From Gnetum montanum (taxonomy: Eukaryota > Plantae > Gnetophyta), in assembly GCA_015680685.1 (NCBI GenBank), contig MNCI01000593.1, positions 92,570 to 156,569 on the forward strand: DNA of 64,000 nt, given 5' to 3'. This document shows positions 1-13,100 of this stretch, in pieces. Within the stretch, counting starts at the first letter, position 1. Each line of letters opens with the position of its first letter. The notes under the pieces were generated by a model. The model was given only the letters and a program-made list of their open reading frames with translations, did not search any database and was not told the origin of the DNA. The translations under genes were made by a program, and so were the position numbers.

Positions 1-62
1 ACATCAAATGCAACATAAAAGAAAATACAACAATTAATGTATTTGTCTTCATTTTTCCAACA
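1..62 (-). mobile_element. Terminus of an LTR (same family as the solo LTR at 11826-12397) inserted into the RT of the Ty3/gypsy element
   Basis: Reverse complement of 1-62 (TGTTGGAAAAATGAAGAC...) is identical to 11826-11887. Gypsy RT coding sequence (..YRFPIPRMDDIL) stops abruptly at 63. Confidence 0.9.
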
Positions 63-2268
63 AGAATGTCATCCATCCTAGGAATAGGAAATCTATACTT
101 GATAGTAATCCTATTAACAATTCTAGAATCTATGCACATCCTTAATTCATCGATATCTTTCTTTAGAACTAACATAGTTGGAAGGACACAAGGAGAGATG
201 GATTCCTTAATAAAACCATTAGAGAGTAATTGACTTGCTTGCTTCATTCTTCCCTTTGATTTGGAGTCATGTAGAAGGCTCTTTCATTTGGAATGGTAGC
301 TCCTGGCATGAAGTCTATTTGGTGTTGGATGGATCTCATTGGTGGAAGCCCTTCCAATTTTCCCTTGAAGGCATTTGCAAATTCTAATGCCAAAGGTTGC
401 ACTGCTGGAGGAAGTTCATTTGTATGCTCCTCTTGACTTGTTGCACGCGTTGACATGATGACAAAACCATGCCCAACCTCTTAATGTTCTTGTAGGTACT
501 CTTGCTCACTAAGCAAGATCAATGAAGCATTAATAAGGACACTTTCCTTGTACTACTACCAAGTCATAGGGATGTGTTCATGTATCCCATCTTCTCTTGG
601 GATAGACTAAACATTTCTTGCACCACTAAAAGAAACCTTGTTGTCAAAGTTCCAAGGTCTTCCCAAAATGACATCAACACAATCAATTGGGAGGATATCA
701 CAATGTACCTTGTCTCTAAAGGACCCAATTTTGAAAGACAATATATCTCTTTTACCTTTTGGAAATGATCCTTGGAAAGCCAATGGACTCTATAGGGCCC
801 AAGACGTGGAAATGTCTTCAACCCAAGCTTAGAAACAACCTTTGAAGAGATCACCTTTTCTTGAGCACCACTATCAATCAAAATGTGTATCCATTTACCA
901 CTATTTAGACACCTAGCTCCAATCTTAAAGAGCATCTTTTTTCTAGAATCCTCATTAGCATTCACATTTCCTATAAAAGTGCAAGAATTAATTTCATTGA
1001 TATCTTTAATCATTGGTGCAAGAGGATTACCTTCATTAGAGGATTTTTCCTTGTCTGAGGTCTGGAGCTCTTTCTCTTTGGAGATCCGTGGCTTTTTGCA
1101 CTCCCATTGCTTGTGTCCCTTTTCACCACAATTGAAGCATTGAAGTTTGGATGCATAGCCATTTCCTTGGCCATTTCCTTGACCCCTTTCATTCTTGGAG
1201 TAGTCTTTCTTGTAATCTTGACCCCTCCTTGAACTTCTCTTGCTTCTCCCTTGTGTCTTCTTTGGCATTTCCCTTCTCCTTGGCTCCCTTCTCACCTTTA
1301 GAAGCTTTGGGGTCCTTGCCTTTAGAAGATTGGGACCTCTATTGTAGCCTTGGGGTTTCTTCTCAGGCTTAAGAGCCAATTCAAAAGTCTCATCTAATGC
1401 TTGGGGCTCATAGAATGTCAGCTCTTGTTGGTATTCTCTCTCTAATCCTCCTTGGAAATTGGATACTTGTTCATAATCATCCCAATGAACTTTTGCAAGT
1501 TGAAAAGCTTTGCAAAAATCAATGTAAAAGTCTCTAACACTTTTTTCACCTTGCCTTAGATACTTCAATTTTTGAATTGCTTCTTGCCTATACTTGGTCT
1601 TCTCAAATTTTTGTTTGAGCATGAACTCCATTAGGGACCAAGCTTTGATAGGAGTTCCATTGCTTACAAGGTAAGCATGGCTCTCTTGCTCCCACTAGAT
1701 TTGTGCCATGGCATCAAGCTTGGTTTCAACATATGGCACCTTTTGATGATTTGCCACATCTTCTAGCTCAAAGTACTTATTCAAAGTCTTGAGCCAAGAA
1801 AGAAAAGATATAGTGCCTTCCATTCCATTGAAGGTCTCCACTTCTACATGAGGCATTCTAGAGGCATGCCTAAAAAGCCTTTGCAAAAGTAATCTCTAAT
1901 TCTTCCTTTGGGTTCCTTTGAGGTTTGGAAGTAGATCCATTGTTCATCCCTCTTGAAAATCTGGACCTATGGGACCTTGACCCAACAATTGGAGAATGAG
2001 GGTTTCCATCATAGTCCTCATCTTCTGCAATGTCTTCATCCTCAAAAGGAATGTCATCTTCAAGATCAGCCATGGATGGTTGCCTTGATGAAGAAGCCTT
2101 TAATAAAGAAAATTCAGAGTTGACATCTTGCCTAGGTGCCCTTGGTGTTGGAAGCCGATCTTTCTTTTCTTCAAGCTTTTCCATTTGGTCCACAAGAGTC
2201 TGGAGTGCATCCCTCAAGTCTTCCATGTCGTTGGCTAACCCTTGGACTGATTTCTTCTTGGGTGCCAC
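63..2268 (-). pseudogene. Degenerate gag-protease-RT polyprotein of the CRM-like element
   Basis: ORF pieces 1870-2268, 1695-1886, 564-1631 and 244-456 join through frameshifts and stops. CCHC knuckle, DSG protease motif and RT N-terminus are present. Confidence 0.9.
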
Positions 2269-2630
2269 GATTAGGTGGACCTAAATGACAAATTGAACAA
2301 ATACCCATATGGAATTGCAAAAGGACTAAGAGTAGCCACAATCCAAGGTGGAGTACCCAAATAGATTCAACAAGAGTCATGGAAATCACTAATAGGATTC
2401 AAACAATTCCCACAAACCCTAACTAAAGAAGGTTAATGGGTATCTTAAACAATGAGATTTCTCAATACCCAATTCAATTGATCACATCAGTTGACCAAAA
2501 GAAGGCTAATTAAACCCTAATTGAGTATGGAATTTAACATCAATAAAATTGCAAACCAAAATAAACTTTAAGAAGAGTGAATTCTTGTGGTGGATTCCTT
2601 TTCTTGAGGCAGTTGTCTTCAAATCCTATT

Positions 2631-2641
2631 CTTTGATACTA
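2631..2641 (-). promoter_or_regulatory. Primer-binding site (tRNA-iMet type)
   Basis: Minus strand reads TAGTATCAAAG (canonical TGGTATCAGAG, 2 transitions), 3 nt from the LTR edge. Confidence 0.75.
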
Positions 2642-2644
2642 ATC

Positions 2645-3369
2645 TGGTGAGGACCAATGCTTCAGTACTAAAAGTGCAAATCCAATCTTCAAACTTGCAA
2701 GAGGAATTGAAAAAAGAAAGTAAAACAATTCTTTATTCTTGCAAGATCATGACAGTAAAATTACAAAACTGAAAGCAACTTGCCCAAGGACAGACAAGGG
2801 CTCAAGAGAATCACACTCACAACTCCTCACACAACACACAACTCACAATGGCTAAAAGCCTTACAGCATGGAAACTCAATGGAAGCTCAATTGGAGCTCA
2901 ACCCTCTCTTCTGAACTCTTTTCCAAAAATCTCTCACAATTCACTCCTCTTTCCTTTTTTTTAAAAATGAAAGACTTGGATTCCTTTTTATAGCCTCTTC
3001 CTTTGTCTTCCCTCCAAATTAGAATTCAAATTGAAGTCTGTTATAATCTGTATGAGACGTCTTGGAGAAGCAGGAGACGTCTTGGAGTTGGGGGAGATTT
3101 CTTGGGTCAGCTGGAGACGTCTTCTTTCTGCATGAGACATCTTGGCCTGCTTGGAGACGTCTTGGCTGGCCTAGAGACGTCTTGACAGAGAGAACTGTCA
3201 AGACTGAAACTCTTCCCAAAAGTCCCACAAGTAGAATGCACTTCCAATTGGCTTCTCTTGCCTCTTGGACATGCAGAACAATACAAAAACACAAACAGAC
3301 CTAAGATACAAAGAACACATAAAAAATACAGTTTGAGAATGTTACATGGGCTGGGTGATGTCCTCATCA
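2645..3369 (-). repeat. 5' LTR (~725 bp) of the CRM-like element
   Basis: Terminal inverted repeat TGGTGAGGAC...GTCCTCATCA, internal GAGACGTCTT repeats, and an end similar to the LTRs at 6410-7239 and 16302-17146. Confidence 0.88.
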
Positions 3370-3976
3370 GTTGATTTTCAATGAGTATAGCCGTCAGACA
3401 TTTCGACAGACATTAATGTCTGACCTCTTACGAACATCTAACTCTTTGATTATTTTCTTGTAGCCAACTACCTTTGCTTTTGTTTCTCTTTCTTTTTAAA
3501 AAAATTCGTTTAAGTGTTGTTTTTGTTTTCCCCGTCAGATTTGTACAACAATATGTTACCGTATCCAGGTACTCATGAGCCTTTACTTTAACACCTAAGT
3601 AACCAGTTGAGTACCGTATGCCTTTTGTGTCTATTACATTGATTGTCTTAAGACAAACATATTTTCCTTAATTTTCAGCATTTGTTAAGCTTTATTGAAG
3701 TTAAACTGTTTTTCTTATTTCTTTTCTCAGCAAGATTATTAATTATTATGACCCCTCCCCTATGTTTCTAGTATTGCATCCTATTCATCTGAATGCATAT
3801 ATTTTAAGTAATCTTTTCATAGGAAATTAAGAATCTGTCTTTCATTTTTGTGTAATCATCGGAAATTAAGAATCTGTCTTTCATTCTTGTGTAATTTTAA
3901 GTTCTTACTTATGCACAAATTTTAGTTTGTTTATTATCAACTGTGAACCTTTGCTTAACTGTATAAATTTCAATAG

Positions 3977-4150
3977 GAATTGGACACAGAGTATGGGACT
4001 TGCGATCCTTTATGTTCAGTCGATAAAAGCTCCATAGACCTTGATTGTGATTACAATCCGAAAACAGATTTGCTTAAGGCACTTACAATTTTTGCCTCTG
4101 TAATTGTTGGAGTTGCTGCTGTTAATCATTCATGGGTAGTTGATCATCAG
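3977..4150 (+). CDS. NHD1: NHD1 exon (ELDTEYGTCDPLCSVD...NHSWVVDHQ)
   Basis: AG at 3975-3976, GT at 4151; 174 nt. Confidence 0.9.
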
Positions 4151-7100
4151 GTATCACTCCTATCTGTGGTCTTACCTAGACTATTTGAGATCCAATGTTT
4201 TTATTTTTTACATCTCCTATATAATTGCATGTTTATAATATTGTTGATGTTGCATAAGTTATTGATTTTCATTACATGTTCAAACCAAATGTACTATAAC
4301 ACTTGAAGTAGTATTTGTTGGATGACACAGAATTTGGCAATGGCTTTAGTCTTTGCATTTGGATATGCCGGCATTATTTTTGAGGAGTCACTGGCGTTCA
4401 ATAAAAGTGGCGTTGGATTATTGATGGCTGTCAGCTTATGGGTCATTAGGAGTATTGGGGTAAGAGATGCAATATGTACATTGTTGTTTATTCTCTTTAT
4501 ATTACTTTTATTCAGTCAAGACTTTCTGTATCCATATTTGGTTGGAATGTCTTTCTGCTAATAATTATTGTTTGCTTTTCTTTTCTTTTGGCATGTCAGA
4601 CTCCATCTAGCGATGTAGCTGTTGAAGAATTGACCATGAAATCTGCAGAAGTTAGTGAGATTGTATTTTTTTTGCTGGGCGCAATGACTATAGTGGAGAT
4701 AATTGATGCACACCAAGGATTCAAATTGGTTACCGATAACATTACAACGCGAAAACCTCAATACCTTCTTTGGGTGGTACGTCTTTAATCATCAAAGCTG
4801 TATTTTAGAATGGACAAGAAAATGTTGAAATTTTTCCCCCTTTTTGAAACCCTGTTACATAATAATTCTATAGACCTTTTTTTTTTAAAATTTTGAAACT
4901 TAGTAAAAATCAATACATTCTGCCACTTTTCAACTATAAAAATCGATGCTGGCTATTGAGAAAGCTCATGCCAAAGACATGGAATCGATGATTACAAAAC
5001 TTACTGTGATGGGAGAAATTAAAGGTTCTACTTAATGAAAGATGCTTGTAAGGAAATTGTAAGAGCAAATCCCAAAACTTTTTGACCTGAATTTAACATC
5101 CTTCAATTCATTTTTTTCTTCTGGTCATTGAAAGACTCACTTATTGAACTTTTTATTAGACACTAGCATCTCCCACAAGGACTCCTACTGAGCATAAAAA
5201 ATATTGGAAAAATTCAACATGATGTTATGTGCAGTGAACCTTAAAACTCTTTTTAGTTGATATAATCCAAGCAAAGAGACACAGATGATGATCTGTTCCT
5301 TTAAGAAAACAAAACAAGGAAAATGAAAGATTTAATGGTCTTGATCATTTGTAACATTCATTTGCTTCCTAACTCTAGCATAATCTTTGGCCATTAGGGT
5401 GTATGCAACTCATTTAAAATCACATTATCTGTGCTATAATCTCTAGTTGCAAGTCGTTGTTGGCATTCACACAGATACCCAAGAACCCAAGAATGTATGC
5501 ACCCTTGAGGTGCATGAATTATGAATTCATGATTTCTTGCCTCAATTAATTGAATACTTAATTTACTCCTTTTGGGCCCATGATTTTAACCACTCAAGTT
5601 ACTATATTGAAACTGATTTTTTATTTATGTCCACTGAGACCTTATTGATTCTATTAGACAGACAAAGTAGTTACAAAGTACTTTCAAATTTCCTTACTTC
5701 ATAATTTGGCGTTGCCTACTGGAATTGAACATGTGACATGTGATTTCTTGCCTCAATTAATTGAATACTTAATTTACTCCTTTTGGGCCCATGGTTTTAA
5801 CCACTCAAGTTACTATATTGAAACTGATTTTTTATTTATGTCCACTGAGACCTTATTGATTCTATTAGACAGACAAAGTAGTTACAAAGTACTTTCAAAT
5901 TTCCTTACTTCATAATTTGGCGTTGCCTACTGGAATTGAACATGTGACATGTGATTTCTTGCCTCAATTAATTGAATACTTAATTTACTCCTTTTGGGCC
6001 CATGGTTTTAACCACTCAAGTTACTATATTGAAACTGATTTTTTATTTATGTCCACTGAGACCTTATTGATTCTATTAGACAGACAAAGTAGTTACAAAG
6101 TACTTTCAAATTTCCTTACTTCATAATTTGGCGTTGCCTACTGGAATTGAACATGTGACATGTGATTTCTTGCCTCAATTAATTGAATACTTAATTTACT
6201 CCTTTTGGGCCCATGGTTTTAACCACTCAAGTTACTATATTGAAACTGATTTTTTATTTATGTCCACTGAGACCTTATTGATTCTATTAGACAGACAAAG
6301 TAGTTACAAAGTACTTTCAGATTTCCTTAATTCATAATTCGGCATTGCCGACTGGAATTGAACATGTGACATGTGGTTTCCATACCAAGGCTCTTACCAC
6401 TAAGCTAATTGTTGTGGAGCCTATCGCAATAGAGCCCAAAAAGATGCATTCCACAAGCTTTCCAAGCAAATTAAGCTTAGAAAATAAGAACAACCCAAGG
6501 AATTGGAGAAAATTCTCCTTTTTATTAAACAACTCTCAAAATATAGAGAAATGCATCAAAGATGAGGAGCCAAGCTCAACTCACACCTCTTCCAAGGATC
6601 TTAGAGGCCACACATGTGCCCTCTGAATCTTCAATTGCACACAATGGAGCCAAAGCTCAAGACAAGATACCATTAAGAGATTCTCCTAATTTCTATCTAG
6701 TGCTCTCCCTTGCCTTGCACTCAAATTCCTTGCACAAGCTCCCATGAGACCTCTCAAACTTCTCTCTCTTAACTCTTACCCAAACTTAGGCCTTGGACAC
6801 TTATTTATAGCATCTTGGAGTGACCTTTTATCTTCTCAACATTCAAAACACAAATTAACATCTGTTGGAGGCCACCAAAGAAGATATCTTTGGAAAGGAG
6901 AAGATGTCTTTCCCGAGCCAAAATTGCTACAAAGAAGACATCTTGGCTAAGAGCCTGTGATGTGTAGAAGACATCTTGGCTAAGAGCCTGTGATGTGTAG
7001 AAGACATCTTTCAATCTTGGAAGACGTCTTCAAACCTAGAAGATGTCTTTCCAGGCCTGCCTACCATTCATCTACCATCCTAGTTGAAGTCCTAAATGCC

Positions 7101-10100
7101 TACAACAAACTCCAAAAGCCCCAAAACATCCCAAATACATACTAAACTCCTCAAGATACAAAGGTAACACACACAAGAAGATACACATAGAAGACTATTT
7201 ATTGAGGATTACATGAAGGGTTGGGTGATAACGTCATCATCTCTCACACCCTTAAAAATGTTATGCTTAATGACCTTTCACAAGTTGGAAGGCACCATGC
7301 CCTCTTGACTCAAGGCCATCATACTTGGTGCAACAATCATGACTTAATGCATCAAAGGCACCATGAGAATGAATACCATTTGAGGTTTTGGTTTTGAGCT
7401 TCCCTTGCTCATGGAGGCTTGTCTTCAAGCTCCACCATGCTTCCTTCAATTGAGCATCTTCTTGGAATGTCTCTATTGCATCTCCTCAATGATTCAACCC
7501 TGCACAAAAGTGGCACAATAATCTGGAAAAATAATTGTTAGCATCAACCCATGGAGTAGGCCTCCTTGCCCAATGCCCAAATACAAATGGCATTTCTCCA
7601 CTTGTTGCCAACTGACCTTCCTTGTTCTTCCAGCATCTTCTTGCTAATACAAATATTAGCCTAACACTAACTCAAGTGCTCAAAAGCATCAACCAACATA
7701 CCACTGCCATCAACAACCAAGATTGGACAGTAGGAAAAACAACCTTCATCTCATTCATATGAGACTCCACAGAATCATGCATAGCATCTATCTCAAATGT
7801 ATCTTTAGCATCGATAGTGAATTTTGGGAACAATGGGAGCAGTGGGAATAGCGGGAGTAGCAGGAGCGATGGCAACTGCAAGGGGAGTGTCAGCGGGCGC
7901 TTCGGCAGATCATGTCGTAGGGGTGGAGCGGATGCTCAAAAAAGGGGGAGCCAATGGAAACACTGATGTGACCCCAAGGGGACATGGGGAGGGCGGTGGC
8001 GAGGAACGTCGGGTCAAGGAAAGCGAGGATGTGATGGTACAGGATCCTCGGCTCCAACTGCCTGGGTCGGAAAATGGAAGGCCCGCCTTCGACGCATGTG
8101 ATAGAGAGGGGATTGTGATGAGGATTAGGGTTGGGCAGCTACTTGAGAAGACTATGCAAGAACTCTAGAGCAGTCTACTTGAGAAATTTATTTCTGCAGG
8201 TGTGTAACCGAGGATGGAACTCATTCGCAAGTGGACCAAAATCACCTAGGGGTTGGAGATGGTTAGGGTCCAAAGCTTGGTGGATGATCCTTTGTTGTTT
8301 ATTTTCCCCACTTTGGCCGATCGGGAAAGGGTTTTGCTAGGGGGCCTATGGTTTTATGGTGTTCGTGGCCTGGCCCTGGCACCTTGGCGACCTGGAGTAC
8401 ACCGGGATCGACAGCATGTTGGTTTGGGTCCATTTGTTGGACTTGCCATCTGAATATTGGGAACCCGATTTCCTGAAGTCTTTGGCAGGTCTCTTCGGAG
8501 AGTTTATTTGATTTGCTGCATTTACTGCATCCATGGACTGGATGGGGTACACATAGTTTTGCATGTCGAGGTTGATGCAATTAGCAGAACATGTCGAAGA
8601 GATTATTTTCGATGCTGCAAGAGGGGAAGAACAAATTTGGGTGAAGTTTGAAAATCTGCCCATGGGGAGGTCGGAGGGGAACTGGAAGGATAGTGGGAAG
8701 AGTTGCCTCGTGTTGGACGGTTGTCAAGGGCTGATGGAGTCTGCCCAGGGATGGAATAAAGTTGGGCAGAAGGGTCAGATTTGGAAGCAAGGGGCTTCTG
8801 AGGGCCCTCAACAACTGCCTCACACAATTGTGGGAGGAGGGGATCAGGACTTGAAGCAGAAGAAACGAGACAACATAAGGATGGTGGAAGGCAAGGGATA
8901 GTCTAGTTGGGACATAGGCTACGGGGGTACTGGGGTCCCCTCGTACACCACTGATTCACAAGGCTGTTGAGCCATTGGGGGCTGTGTTGGAGCTACCCTT
9001 GCTAGGGGAATGGATCACTGTGGGAAGGGGCTCTTCTAAACTGAAAATGCAGGACATTAATCTTCGGAGGGTAGGGAGTCCAGTTGGAGAGGTAGTGTAT
9101 TGGCAGGAGAGCAAGCTTGGGTGCCTAGATAAGGCAGAAATGCGCAAGAAATCCACATAGTTGGATCTAGATTTGGGGATACAACACATGTTGCACGAGG
9201 TATACCACTGACGGGTGTGTACCTCGCCATGAAGATTTTATCCTAGAATTGTTGGGGTTAGGGTACCTTGTACAAAAGAAATACCCTACGAAGGATGGTG
9301 AGGGAGGTCAGTTGTGAAGTGGTGTGTTTGCAGGAAACAAAGGTTCAAATGGCTGAACAACAACTGCTGAATTGGGAGGGTGGGACTACCCACATTGTGC
9401 CCAGCAGGGGCTACGCAGGGGGGTTGGCCATCTTAGCTAAAGTTCCAGTTAATCTAGAGCATATGTTGGATTGGAGTTAGATGGTTGATATGTAGCAAAG
9501 GAATATCTAGCTTACAAATTATTATGGGGCACAAAATTGGGAGGCAAGGGTTCAGGAATTCCAACAGGTGGCTAGGCATATCCCCAATACGGCCCACTAG
9601 ATGGTAATGGGGGACTTTAACCAACAACTTTACTGTTGGGAAAAATTTGGTAATGAGTGCACTGATCCTTCGAGGGCTTAGGCATGTATTGAATTTCTGT
9701 AGCAATATGTAATGATCACCTTGGAGATCTTGGGCTGTAATTTTACTTCGAGTAACCGCTGGATGGGTCTAAATCATGTGTAGTCTCGGATTGACCGTAT
9801 TTGGGTTAGTGAGGGCTTAATGTTGGATTCCCAAATCATGGCAGAGGGGTAGGAGCGGTAGGCCTTAGACCACCAATCTATTCTATGTCATATTCAATTG
9901 CAGGGGAGGTGGGGGCCTTGGCCGTTTTGATTCGAGTGGGCTTGGTTGACTAAGGCCTAGCTCAAGCTGATGGTGGCAGATATTTGGCAAGGCTATAATG
10001 GGATGCAGGAGCCTTGACAGTTCCTTAGTGGGGGTTTGAGAGCTTTCAAATGTGCTATTAAGGCCAAAACAACGAAGGATAGATATAGCTTCAGGGGATA

Positions 10101-13100
10101 TTGGCAGCAAGTGTAGGAGGAATTGAGGGCAATCCAATAGTTGCAGGAGATGGGGGAGGCTTGGGATACTGAGGAGTAGGAACTTCTCTAGGAGCTACAA
10201 GACTTGGATAGGGAAGAGGAGGGTTATTGGAGACAGTGCTCAAGGGTGACTTGGATAAGGGAAGGGGACAAGAACACCAAGTTTTTCTTTGCCACGGCAA
10301 GACAGAATCAAGCACAAAAGAACAAGCTCTAGGACATCATTGAGAGCATGGGTGGGGGAGGCCCACACAGTAGCGCGAGCGGGCTGGAAGCCTTGCAAGA
10401 GTTTTGGGGGAATATCTGGCGGTGGTAGGCCACAGATCCCATCTCTCTACACATATCATGCATCCTCACATAGGCAGACAATGCACAGTTGTTATGTCCT
10501 TTCTCGTGGGAGGAATTGCTGCGGGCCTTGAAATCCATGCAAGCCAACAAGGCTCCAAGGATTCTTTAGGGAATATGAGGATCTCATGGAGCCCAATTTG
10601 TTGGATGCGTATAACAGTATGCTCAAATGGCAGCATGTTAGGAGAGAAATAAATTGTTCACGGGTGGTGCTTTTACCCAAAGTCCCTAATCCTTTTGTTT
10701 TGGGACATTTTCTGACTATTGGGGTTTGCAACATGTTAATGCAGGTCTTCTCCAAGATGCTAGTTGGGCGTCTCGCACCACTTATGGGGAAGTTGGTTGG
10801 GGAACATCAGGCTGGGTTTATTAAGGAATGTTTTTTACAGGACCATGTGTTGCTATTACAAGAGATTCTGCATTTGGTCCGGGTGGCTAGATTTCCTGGA
10901 ATGTGTACCAAACTTGACATCACTAAGGCTTATGACATGGTTAGTTGGGCAGTGCTACGAAGAGTGATGGTGGAGAAAGGTTTTGATACCAAGTTTGTCA
11001 ACTTATGTATTTAGATATAGCACAATGGACAATACTATTTGGACATTGATGGCAGGATATGCGGGTTTGCGGGCACAGGGCGTGGCTTAAGGCAAGGGGA
11101 TTTGCTGTCTTCATTCCTTTTCATTATTGTTATGGACCTGTTCCAAAGTTATTGTAGGAAGGAAAGGGTTCAAGGACTTCAGGTTGTTGGGGTGAACAGT
11201 TTAGTGGCACATTATGCAGATGATACTATGGTTTTTTCTCGAACCGTGATGCCATAGGTTGAGGTGCTATTACGAGTGATGACACGAATGCAACACAAAG
11301 TTGGTCTGGAGGTGAACAAGGGCAAATCAGCTGTCTACTGTGTTCACACAGATGGGTGGTGAAGGTCAGGCTCATATAGACACTAGGTATTCTGCCAGGA
11401 AACGCCTACGATACTTACCTTGGTATCCCTATTTTTGATTGGAATAGGTAGCAGGCTTGGAAAGGATTGGTTGAGCATGTAAAAAACAAGACTGCTCTTT
11501 TGATAGGCCGATTCTTATCCCGAAAGGGCAAGATAATACTGTCAATGGTGGTCTTGATGGCCATTGCTTGTTTTGCCACTTCTATGGCTACTCCGCTTGT
11601 CAGTATTATGTAGAAAATAGATAGAATAGTAAGAGCTTTTGTCTGGTCTAGCGGAAAAGGGGGTTGAAAAATGCATTTGGTCTCATGGTTGATAACGGCA
11701 AGACCTAGGCCGGCAGGGGGTATTGGGCTGTTGAGATTTGAGGACGAGGTTGCTTTGGGCCTGAATCGATTGTTGAATAGGTTCATGGGAATTGCGGCTA
11801 GAGGGGCACCATGGGTGCAGATTTTTGTTGGAAAAATGAAGACAAATACATTAATTGTTGTATTTTCTTTTATGTTGCATTTGATGTGAGGATGTGTTTT
11901 ATCCCACATGTATTAGGATTGGGGTTTGGTCCTCATGTTTCTTCATAAATAGAAGGCTTGGGGTAGCCTTTAGTGTGTGCTTCAAAGTGAAAGCATTGTA
12001 TCAAGGTTTTACCTTGGAGACGTGAGTCTTGTTGGTGTTGATTTGAGATCTGTTGGAATAACAGATTGTGTGTTTGAAAAGTTGCAAGGACGGCTTGTGT
12101 CCTTAAGATTTGAGAAGAATAGAAGTCAGATCAGCATTGTTGTGGAAGTAGGGTAAAAGGGGCCCGAACCACGTAACTCTCTGTGTTCTTGTGCTATTTC
12201 CTTTTTACTGTTTTTATTCTGTTATCACAGCAAATGTTTGCTAGAGTTTGGAATGTTTTGAGAGTGGTTTATAGTGTTTCTTACAGTGCAATATTTTGCC
12301 TCTAATGATTTATTCAGATCTGTAGGGTTTTTAATAATTTCTCTAGAGCATTTGTAGTGTGTTTTCAGATCTGTGTTTTTCAGATCTGATTATAACAATT
12401 TTAACACAAAAAATACTGTAGATGGGAGTCCTCATCAGCCAGCTCTCATCTCTAGAAAAATTTATGCTAGTTTGTGGCCAAAATCGAACCAATGGGCTTG
12501 CTAGGACAATAACTAAAGGAAATGATAAAATCCTTCTATCCATTGGTGGAGGGTTGGGCGGCGGTATGGAAAGGTTGTCTCCCAGAGAAAAGTAAGGCAT
12601 TTGGGTGGCTTATCATGCACCGGGTGTTGCCTGTGAAGGCCATGTTATGGGAGTGGGGGTTACAAATTGAGGATAGCTATCCATGTTGCCATGCGGCTCT
12701 AGAAACGCTTAATCATTTTATGGACAAGTGCTAGTTTTCACAAGCTGTGTGGCAGATAGATCAGTTTGCACAAGTTACAGGGATCCACGGGGACTCGGCA
12801 AGACTTGCCATGCTATGGATCATTTGGAAGAAGCGGAACTTGCTGGTTTTTGGAGGGTAGCAGCTCCCTATGATGCCCACGATGGTCAAGGAGGTGTGCC
12901 TACTGTGGTAGGAGGCAATGGCAGCCATGGAGCAAGGGTTGCTCTTTGAACCATCATGGATGGATTTCGCCAACATGCCCGAATTATGGGTGTTGGTGGA
13001 ATGCATGGGATGGGTAGAAATGTTCAAACGGTTAGAGGGAGAACCCAATTTGGCCACACAATAGTTTCACGATAATTGGGAGGGAGAGACTATGCAGTTC

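Larger units (their letters stand above)
63..3369 (-). mobile_element. Ty3/gypsy LTR retrotransposon, CRM-like chromovirus, 5' part; lies in an NHD1 intron
   Basis: Order is LTR 2645-3369, iMet PBS, gag (MAPKK.., CFNCGEKGHKQWEC knuckle), protease (ILIDSGA, PYRVHWL), then start of RT (LPPMRSIQHQIDF, RMCIDSR..ITIKYRFPIPRMDD). Confidence 0.92.

Noticed and set aside
3822-3895. 39-bp tandem duplication before the first visible exon
   Set aside because: Real but ordinary intronic slippage duplication with no evidence of function.
4900-5530. Possible hAT transposase remnant (VHCT*H on the minus strand)
   Set aside because: Single short motif; no TIR, TSD or other transposase blocks found.
5530-6373. 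Repeated 69-aa ORFs / CRISPR-like array
   Set aside because: Plain tandem repeat with no unique spacers. The ORFs start at TTG, lie in an intron and show no recognisable motif.
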